Assembly (NCBI GenBank): GCA_035555155.1
Contig: DATMGZ010000019.1
Span: 3,130 to 67,129 of the forward strand
DNA length: 64,000 nucleotides
From: Solirubrobacteraceae bacterium
GTDB taxonomy: Bacteria > Actinomycetota > Thermoleophilia > Solirubrobacterales > Solirubrobacteraceae
Direction of reading: 5' to 3'
Below, piece after piece: positions 57,593 through 64,000 of this stretch. Position 1 is the first letter of the stretch, and every line of letters starts with the position of its first letter. Under the pieces are notes generated by a model. The model saw nothing but the letters and a program-made list of their open reading frames with translations, did no database searches and had not been told where the DNA came from. The position numbers and the translations under genes are program-made.

Positions 57593-58267
57593 GTGTCCGA
57601 GCTGAACCTCATCCTGTTCGGCCCCCCGGGGGCCGGGAAGGGCACACAGGCCGATCGCCTGCGCGATGACTTCCGCCTGCCGTTCATCTCCACCGGCGAC
57701 ATGCTGCGCGGCAACGTCAAGGAGGGAACCGAGCTCGGCCGGCAGGCCCAGACGTTCATGGACGCCGGCGAGCTGGTGCCCGACGAGCTGATCGTGGCCA
57801 TGGCCGGCGAGCGGCTGAAGGAGAACGACGCCCAGGACGGGTTCATCCTCGACGGCTTCCCGCGCACGATCGAGCAGGCCAAGGCGCTGGACAAGCAGCT
57901 GACCGAGATGGGACGCCGTGTGACGGCCGCGCTGCTCGTCGACGTGCCCGACGAAGAGGTCGTGCACCGGATCTCGGGCCGGCGCGTGTGCGTGAAGTCG
58001 GGCCACAACTATCACGTCGACTACGACCCGCCCAAGCTCGAGGGCGTGTGCGACCAGGACGGCTCGCGGCTGATCCAGCGCGACGATGACACGGACGACG
58101 TGGTGCGCAACCGGCTGAAGGTCTACCACCACCAGACCGAGCCGCTCGTCGACTACTACGACGACCAGGGACTGATGCGCAGGATCGACGGGACGCGCAG
58201 CCCGGCCGAGGTCCACGACCACATCCGGGCCGTGATCGCCACCCTGCGTATGGAAGACGACGTTTGA
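57593..58267 (+). CDS. adk: Adenylate kinase (long LID form)
   Basis: GPPGAGKGTQ, GELVPD, LDGFPRT, LID CVKSGH...CDQDG..QRDDD. Confidence 0.97.
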   Translation: MSELNLILFGPPGAGKGTQADRLRDDFRLPFISTGDMLRGNVKEGTELGRQAQTFMDAGELVPDELIVAMAGERLKENDAQDGFILDGFPRTIEQAKALDKQLTEMGRRVTAALLVDVPDEEVVHRISGRRVCVKSGHNYHVDYDPPKLEGVCDQDGSRLIQRDDDTDDVVRNRLKVYHHQTEPLVDYYDDQGLMRRIDGTRSPAEVHDHIRAVIATLRMEDDV

Positions 58268-58280
58268 GCGGCGGGCCGCA

Positions 58281-59057
58281 GTGATCATCAAGAAGAGCCC
58301 CGAGGAGATCGACCGCATGGCGGCCGCCGGGGGGATCCTCGTCAAGACGATGAACCTGCTGGCCAGCAAGGTCCGGCCGGGGGTCAGCACCAAGGAGCTC
58401 GACGAGGCGGCGGAGAAGTTCATCCGCTCCCAGGGAGCGGAGCCGGCGTTCAAGGGCTACCGCGGCTTTCCCGGGTCGATCTGCGCTTCGCCGAACTCGA
58501 TGATCGTGCACGGGATACCGGGCCCGTACAAGCTTGGTCGCGGCGACATCCTGTCCGTCGACATCGGCGTGATCCTCGACGGCTGGGTGGCCGACGCCGC
58601 CCGCACGCTGCCGGTGGGACCGATCTCGCCGGTGGCGCGCAAGCTGCTGAGGACGACCGAGGAGTCGCTGCAACTCGCCGTCGAGCAGTGTCGAGTTGGC
58701 AACCGGCTCGGCGACGTCTCGCACGCGGTGCAGCAGCACGTCGAGGCGGCCGGGTTCTCGATCGTCCGCTCGCTCGTGGGCCACGGCATCGGCCGCAGCA
58801 TGCACGAGGATCCGCAGATCGCCAACTACGGCAATCCCGGCACCGGCGTGCCGCTCGAGGAGGGGATGGTGCTCGCGGTCGAGCCGATGGTGACCGCGGG
58901 GCGTCACGCCGTGCGGATGGGCGAGGATCACTGGGCGATCTACTCTCAGGACGGGTCGCTGGCGGCTCATTTCGAGTTCACGATTGCGATTACCGCCGCG
59001 GGTCCCCGTATCCTGACCCCCTGGCACGAGGCCGGAAACGGCCGTGCTGCCGCCTGA
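58281..59057 (+). CDS. map: Type I methionine aminopeptidase
   Basis: IVHGIP, DILSVDIG, GHGIGRSMHEDP, AVEPM, AHFEFTI. Confidence 0.97.
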   Translation: MIIKKSPEEIDRMAAAGGILVKTMNLLASKVRPGVSTKELDEAAEKFIRSQGAEPAFKGYRGFPGSICASPNSMIVHGIPGPYKLGRGDILSVDIGVILDGWVADAARTLPVGPISPVARKLLRTTEESLQLAVEQCRVGNRLGDVSHAVQQHVEAAGFSIVRSLVGHGIGRSMHEDPQIANYGNPGTGVPLEEGMVLAVEPMVTAGRHAVRMGEDHWAIYSQDGSLAAHFEFTIAITAAGPRILTPWHEAGNGRAAA

Positions 59058-59078
59058 CCGCGGGCGCACAACTGCCCC

Positions 59079-59087
59079 TGCTAGTAT
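59079..59087 (+). promoter_or_regulatory. Putative extended -10 promoter of the rpmJ-alpha operon
   Basis: TGcTAGTAT in the map-rpmJ spacer. Confidence 0.5.
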
Positions 59088-59219
59088 CACGCGTTGCGCT
59101 TGCGGGGCATGCTTTCGCGCTGCGTGGCGCTCCTCGGCGCGGTAGCGGCGACTGTACCGGTCGCCAGAGCCGGCGTCGCGAGGAACATTCTTGAAATCAC
59201 CTGATGAGAGCGAACGAGC

Positions 59220-59333
59220 GTGAAGGTACGACCGTCGGTCAAACCGATGTGCGAGAAGTGCAAGATTGTCCGCCGGCGCGGCCGCGTGCTGGTGATCTGC
59301 TCCAACCCGCGGCATAAGCAGAGGCAGGGCTAA
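59220..59333 (+). CDS. rpmJ: 50S ribosomal protein L36 (Zn-binding type)
   Basis: Manual translation [37 protein letters not shown]. Confidence 0.97.
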   Translation: MKVRPSVKPMCEKCKIVRRRGRVLVICSNPRHKQRQG

Positions 59334-59716
59334 TGGCGCGTATTGCGGGGGTCAATATTCCGCTGAACAAGCGGGTCGAGATCGGTCTGACCTATGTGTA
59401 TGGGATCGGTCGGTCGACCTCGAACACGCTGCTGGCCGAGGTCGGGGTCTCCCCGGACACCTACGTCCGTGACCTGACCGAGGAGGAGGTCGTCAAGCTG
59501 CGCGACCTGATCGACTCCTCGCTCACCGTCGAGGGCGACCTGCGCCGCGAGCGCTCCCAGAACATCAAGCGCCTGCAGGAGATCGGCTGCTACCGGGGCC
59601 TGCGCCACCGCCGTGGCCTCCCCGTCCGCGGTCAGAACACGAAGACCAACGCGCGTACCCGCAAGGGTCCGAAGCGGATGCAGGTGGCCGGCAAGAAGAA
59701 GGCGGGCAAGAAGTGA
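59333..59716 (+). CDS. rpsM: 30S ribosomal protein S13
   Basis: [36 protein letters not shown]. Confidence 0.98.
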   Translation: MARIAGVNIPLNKRVEIGLTYVYGIGRSTSNTLLAEVGVSPDTYVRDLTEEEVVKLRDLIDSSLTVEGDLRRERSQNIKRLQEIGCYRGLRHRRGLPVRGQNTKTNARTRKGPKRMQVAGKKKAGKK

Positions 59717-60111
59717 GCCCGGCACCCAAGCGCCCCGCTCGTGGCCGCCGCCGGGTTCGCAAGAACATCCCGATCGGCCAGGCCCACATCAAGACCTCGT
59801 TCAACAACACGATCGTGTCGCTCACCGATCGCGAGGGCAACGTGATCGCCTGGGAGTCCGCCGGTGGAGCCGGCTTCAAGGGCTCGCGCAAGTCGACGCC
59901 GTTCGCCGCCCAGGTGACCGCCGACGCTGCCGCTCGCAAGGGCATCGAGCACGGACTGCAGAAGGTCGAGGTGTTCGTGAAGGGCCCCGGATCCGGCCGC
60001 GAGACCGCGATTCGCTCACTCCAGGCCGCTGGGCTGGAAGTGACCGGCGTCAAGGACGTCACACCGCAGGCCCACAATGGCTGTCGCCCTCGCAAGCGGC
60101 GCCGCGTCTAG
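59713..60111 (+). CDS. rpsK: 30S ribosomal protein S11
   Basis: [35 protein letters not shown]. Confidence 0.98.
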   Translation: MSPAPKRPARGRRRVRKNIPIGQAHIKTSFNNTIVSLTDREGNVIAWESAGGAGFKGSRKSTPFAAQVTADAAARKGIEHGLQKVEVFVKGPGSGRETAIRSLQAAGLEVTGVKDVTPQAHNGCRPRKRRRV

Positions 60112-60123
60112 CCGGGGGTAGGG

Positions 60124-60744
60124 ATGGCCAGAGACACATCGCCACAGTGCAAGCAGTGCCGCCGCGAGGGCCAGAAGCTGTTCCTCAAGGGGGAGCGCTG
60201 CCTGACCGACAAGTGCGGGGTCGAGCGTCGCTCGTATCCGCCCGGTGAGCATGGCCGCGGGCGCCAGAAGCAGAGCGAGTACCGCGTCCAGCTGCGCGAG
60301 AAGCAGAAGGCCCGGCGCTACTACGGCGTGCTCGAAAAGCAGTTCCGGCTCTATTACGAGAAGGCCAGCCGTCAGCCCGGCATCACGGGCGAGAACCTGC
60401 TGCGGATGCTCGAGTGCCGCTTCGACAACGTGCTCGTGCGCCTCGGCTTCGCCGCGTCGCGTCGCCAGGCCCGGCAGCTGATCCTGCACGGTCACTGGAC
60501 CGTCAACGGACGTCGCGTGAACATCCCCAGCTACCAGCTGCGCGACAACGACGTGATCGCCATTCACCCGAAGTCGACCGCGACACAGGTGATCCGCGAG
60601 GCAACCGAGCTCACCGGCCAGGTGCCGGCGTGGCTCCAGGCGGACCACGACTCGCTCACGGCGAAGGTGCTGCGCAAGCCCGAGCGGCGCGAGATCGCCG
60701 CACCGGTCGAAGAGCAGCTCATCGTCGAGCTGTATTCCAAGTAG
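60124..60744 (+). CDS. rpsD: 30S ribosomal protein S4 (4-Cys type)
   Basis: C9,C12,C26,C31; [25 protein letters not shown]. Confidence 0.98.
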   Translation: MARDTSPQCKQCRREGQKLFLKGERCLTDKCGVERRSYPPGEHGRGRQKQSEYRVQLREKQKARRYYGVLEKQFRLYYEKASRQPGITGENLLRMLECRFDNVLVRLGFAASRRQARQLILHGHWTVNGRRVNIPSYQLRDNDVIAIHPKSTATQVIREATELTGQVPAWLQADHDSLTAKVLRKPERREIAAPVEEQLIVELYSK

Positions 60745-60836
60745 GACCAAAGCTTTCAGTCGCGCGATCCCCGGGATCGGCGCGGCGCTGACAGTCGTCC
60801 CAGGCGGCGGCAGGAACCCACGACGTTAGGACCCCG

Positions 60837-61820
60837 ATGCTCGACTTCCAAGTCCCCCGAATCTCCAGCGAATCAGTCGACGACAACCGCGGCTCGTTCA
60901 CGATCGAGCCGCTCGATCGCGGGTTCGGCTACACGTTCGGCAACTCGCTGCGCCGCGTCCTGCTGTCGTCGCTCGCGGGAGCGGCCGTCACCAGCGTCAG
61001 GATCGAGGGCGTGGCCCACGAGTTCTCGACCATCCGGGGTGTCAAGGAGGACGTGACCGACATCGTCCTCAACCTCAAGGGCATCGTGTGCCGGATGCAC
61101 TCCGACGCAACGGAGATCGAGGCCCCGCTGGTCGTCACCGGCCCGGGTGAGATCACCGCCAAGGACATCGACCTGCCCTCCGGCGTCGAGATCCTCAACC
61201 CTGACGCGCACGTCGCCACGCTCGAGAAGAAGACCAAGCTCGAGGTGTATCTGACCATCGGTCGCGGGCGCGGCTACCGGCCGGCGGAGGAGAACAAGTC
61301 CCCCGACCAGCCGATCGGCGTGATCCCGATCGACTCGATCTTCTCGCCCGTGCGCCGCGTCGCCTACAACGTCGAGCAGGCCCGCGTCGGCCAGAAGACC
61401 GACTTCGACAAGCTCACGCTCGACATCGAGACCGACGGCTCGATCGACCCGCACGCCGCGCTGCGCGAGGCGGCGGAGATCCTGATCTCCCAACTGGCGA
61501 TCTTCACCGACGCCGACCGCGTGATCGAGCTGCGCGACGTGGGCACGCCGGGCGCGCTGGACCCCGCACTCGGCGGAGCCGGCGCCGGCCTGGCCGCCGC
61601 CAGCCGTCCCGCCAACGCGATGGACGATATCCTGATCGAGGAGCTCGAGCTGGGCGTCCGGTCCTACAACTGCCTCAAGCGCGCCGGCATCCAGACCGTC
61701 GGCGACCTCATCGCCAAGACCGAGTCCGAGCTCAACGCGATCCCCAACTTCGGCAAGAAGTCGATCGACGAAGTGATCGAGACTCTGCACGCGCGGGGCC
61801 TCGGGCTCCGGAACGACTAA
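60837..61820 (+). CDS. rpoA: DNA-directed RNA polymerase alpha subunit
   Basis: [33 protein letters not shown], alpha[25 protein letters not shown]. Confidence 0.99.
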   Translation: MLDFQVPRISSESVDDNRGSFTIEPLDRGFGYTFGNSLRRVLLSSLAGAAVTSVRIEGVAHEFSTIRGVKEDVTDIVLNLKGIVCRMHSDATEIEAPLVVTGPGEITAKDIDLPSGVEILNPDAHVATLEKKTKLEVYLTIGRGRGYRPAEENKSPDQPIGVIPIDSIFSPVRRVAYNVEQARVGQKTDFDKLTLDIETDGSIDPHAALREAAEILISQLAIFTDADRVIELRDVGTPGALDPALGGAGAGLAAASRPANAMDDILIEELELGVRSYNCLKRAGIQTVGDLIAKTESELNAIPNFGKKSIDEVIETLHARGLGLRND

Positions 61821-61831
61821 CCTGTCCTGCC

Positions 61832-62185
61832 ATGCGCCACCAGCGTAAGCGTTATCAGCTCAGCCGCAGCGCCTCGCACCGCAAGGCGCTGCTGATGAAT
61901 CTCTGCAAGGAGATCATCGAGCACGAGCGGATCAAGACGACCGAGACCAAGGCCAAGGCGGTCAAGCCCGAGGTCGAGAAGCTGATCACACTGGCCAAGC
62001 GCGGCGATCTGCACGCGCGCCGCCAGGCCCTGTCGGCGCTCGGCCAGGACAAGTTCGCGGTCTACAAGCTGTTCGACGAGATCGCCCCGCGCTACAGCGA
62101 GCGTCCCGGTGGCTACACGCGGATCCTGAAGCTCGGGCCGCGTCGCAGCGACTCGACCGAGATGGTCTTCATGGAGCTGGTGTAG
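61832..62185 (+). CDS. rplQ: 50S ribosomal protein L17
   Basis: [23 protein letters not shown]. Confidence 0.98.
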   Translation: MRHQRKRYQLSRSASHRKALLMNLCKEIIEHERIKTTETKAKAVKPEVEKLITLAKRGDLHARRQALSALGQDKFAVYKLFDEIAPRYSERPGGYTRILKLGPRRSDSTEMVFMELV

Positions 62186-62212
62186 GGAACCGGGTCCGGG
62201 GCGGCTGGCGGC

Positions 62213-63010
62213 GTGGTGGTCGGGGCGCCTGTCGCGCGGCTGCTGTTGGAGTACGACGGGGGTGAGTTCGCCGGCTGGGCGCGCCAGCCCGGTCATCGCA
62301 CCGTGCAGGAGGAGGTGGAGCGGGCGCTGTCCGTGGTGCTCGGCGGCTCTGCGGGCGGTGGCGTTCGGCTGACCGTTGCCGGGCGGACCGATCGGGGCGT
62401 CCACGCGTGGGGGCAGGTCGCCAGCTACGGGGGTCCGGTCGCGCCCGTGCGGGGGCTGAACGCGCTGCTCCCCGACGATGTCGCGGTGCTGTCGTGCTCG
62501 TGCGCGCCGGACGGGTGGAGCGCGCGCCACGACGCCACGAGCCGGGCGTACTGCTACCGGCTGCTGGCTCGGACGGGGCGGAGCGCGCTGGAGTCCGGGC
62601 GGGCGCTGTGGTGGCCGCACACCGTTGACGTGGGTGCGCTCGATCGGTGCGCGACGGCGCTGGTCGGCACGCACGACTTCACCGCGTTCACCCCGACCGA
62701 GACCGAGCACGTGCGGTTCGAGCGGGAGGTGTATCGGGCGGAGTGGCGGCGGGGTTCGGGTCGCGCCGGCCGCGTCCCGGCGGTTTCTGCGGACGTGCTG
62801 GAGTTCTGGATCGAGGCCGACGCGTTCATGCGGCAGATGAACCGGGTGCTCGTGGGGACGATGCTCGAGGTGGCCGGGGGGCGCCGGACGGTGGCGGACT
62901 TCGAGGCGCTGCTCGGAGGGCGTCCGCGGTCGGAGGCGGGGAAGACGGCGCCGGCGCATGGGCTGTATCTGGCCGGCGTGGGGTATGGGGGGGAGCGGGT
63001 TCTGGGGTAG
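62213..63010 (+). CDS. truA: tRNA pseudouridine(38-40) synthase
   Basis: LEYDG..FAGW..Q, catalytic AGRTD.GVHAWGQV, GTHDFTAF, AFMRQMNR..VG, TAPAHGLYL. Confidence 0.95.
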   Translation: MVVGAPVARLLLEYDGGEFAGWARQPGHRTVQEEVERALSVVLGGSAGGGVRLTVAGRTDRGVHAWGQVASYGGPVAPVRGLNALLPDDVAVLSCSCAPDGWSARHDATSRAYCYRLLARTGRSALESGRALWWPHTVDVGALDRCATALVGTHDFTAFTPTETEHVRFEREVYRAEWRRGSGRAGRVPAVSADVLEFWIEADAFMRQMNRVLVGTMLEVAGGRRTVADFEALLGGRPRSEAGKTAPAHGLYLAGVGYGGERVLG

Positions 63011-63032
63011 CGGGGTGGGGGCGTCGGGTGGG
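62980..63032 (+). other. G-tract cluster with G-quadruplex potential spanning the truA stop
   Basis: Eight runs of at least 3 G within 53 nt (62980, 62987, 62997, 63004, 63012, 63017, 63026, 63030). Confidence 0.5.
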
Positions 63033-63235
63033 CGCCGGCGCACGGCGTGCTGCGGATGGAGGGTCCGGATGAGCCGGCCGGGATCGGGGCGGCCGGACTG
63101 ACGGGGCGTCTGACGACTCTGTGACGCCACGTGCCGGGTTTGCGACCAGTCGGGTTGGTCTTTGTACCGATTTGGCGAGATCGGGGGTGGGCGGGCTCGG
63201 GATGGCGGATCCTGGGGCGATGGGTCCCGGATTTG

Positions 63236-63349
63236 GTGCTTATGTCGACAAACCGACCAGGCGCAGACGCTCCTCGGCCATCTAAGCGCCCCGCAGGCGC
63301 TTACCTGCCCAAAGTCGTCTCGCCCGCGGCAGTTTGTCGACTTATGCAC
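63236..63349. repeat. Imperfect 17-bp inverted repeat enclosing an internal hairpin, overlapping the downstream start codon
   Basis: GTGCTTATGTCGACAAA (63236-63252) versus TTTGTCGACTTATGCAC (63333-63349), 15/17 complementary; inner TAAGCGCC-CCGCA-GGCGCTTA (63283-63303). Confidence 0.7.
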
Positions 63350-64000
63350 GTCGTCGACACGGCCGATGCGGCGGTGTCGTGGATTGCCTCGCAGCAACTC
63401 GGCCTGATCACGGTGGAGCAACTCCGACTCGCCGGGCTCGGGCGCGGCGCGGTCCGCCGGCGCGTCCCCGCCGGACGACTGCATCGGGTACATCGCGGCG
63501 TCTACCTCGTGGGGCACGCTGCCCCGCATCCGGACGTGCCGCTGCTGGCCGCACTGCTCGCCTGTGGTGAGCGGGTGTACCTCAGTCATGTGTCGGCGCT
63601 TGCGCTGTGGGAGCTCGCCCGAGCTCCCACCACCGAGGTCGAGGTGACGGCTGTCGGATGGAACTGCAAGTCCCGCCCCAGCATCCGCGTCCACCGCGTC
63701 GACGCGCTCCATCCGCTGGACCGGCGAGCCCGCTCCGGCATCCCCGTGACCGCGCCGGCCCGCTCCCTCCTCGACTTCGCCGCCACCGCGTCGGACGAGG
63801 AGACCCGGCGCGCGATCGCGGAAGCCCGGGTGCGCCGGCTCCTCCGCCCCGGCGAGCTGGCGGCCGCCGCCGACCGGGCGCCCCGACGTGCCGGCACCGC
63901 CCACATCCGCGCCCTGCTGAAGCACGAGGGCGAGCCCGTCCTCACCCGCTCCGACGCCGAACGCCGCATGCTGGCGCTCGTTCGCGACGCGCAGCTCCCG
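63344..64000 (+). CDS. AbiEi-type (type IV TA antitoxin domain) protein, probably with C-terminal DUF559; truncated by the window end
   Basis: Manual translation MHVVDTADAAVSWIASQQLGLITVEQL..GL....VRRR...GRLHRVHRGVY.VG...LSH.SAL.LW...IPVTAPARSLLDFA...TRSDAERRML; open to the window end. Confidence 0.8.
   Translation, partial: MHVVDTADAAVSWIASQQLGLITVEQLRLAGLGRGAVRRRVPAGRLHRVHRGVYLVGHAAPHPDVPLLAALLACGERVYLSHVSALALWELARAPTTEVEVTAVGWNCKSRPSIRVHRVDALHPLDRRARSGIPVTAPARSLLDFAATASDEETRRAIAEARVRRLLRPGELAAAADRAPRRAGTAHIRALLKHEGEPVLTRSDAERRMLALVRDAQLP

Noticed and set aside
63162-63407. 81-aa ORF downstream of truA
   Set aside because: Lies in G-rich, repeat-containing spacer DNA, overlaps the AbiEi-type gene start and has no coding-like features.

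Overview
High-GC (roughly 70%) bacterial DNA, by inference Actinomycetota class Thermoleophilia (Solirubrobacterales-like). The inference rests on the actinobacterial beta-prime insertion in RpoC, the 4-Cys S4 inside the alpha operon and the gene order. The window holds the core transcription/translation supercluster on the + strand: rpmG-secE-nusG-rplKAJL, rpoBC, rpsLG, then fusA-tuf-S10-spc-secY-adk-map-rpmJ-rpsMKD-rpoA-rplQ-truA. Three accessory islets interrupt it. (i) Between rplL and rpoB: a secreted Cys-rich protein divergent from a soluble-adenylyl-cyclase-like double cyclase-STAND-TPR protein. (ii) Between rpoC and rpsL: an acyl-CoA dehydrogenase pair, a HAD protein, a DMT transporter, a hydrolase and an omega-transaminase-PucR-alanine dehydrogenase module. 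(iii) Between rpsG and fusA, the most unusual: a 4.6 kb antisense block (membrane protein, small peptide, Ser/Thr kinase, peptidoglycan-binding hydrolase) that splits the str operon. The first 10.8 kb is accessory: two decayed pseudogenes, fadD, small proteins, cspA, an amidase, an MFS-MarR fusion, GAP, and HxlR divergent from two HtrA-like proteases. Many core proteins (L22, S17, S3, L10, S5, SecE, RpoB, RpoC) carry long low-complexity tails. Several genes show sharp local G/T-rich versus C-rich synonymous-codon patches. infA is absent from its usual position. I found no tRNA, rRNA, CRISPR array or transposase. All family assignments come from motif recognition by eye, not database searches.
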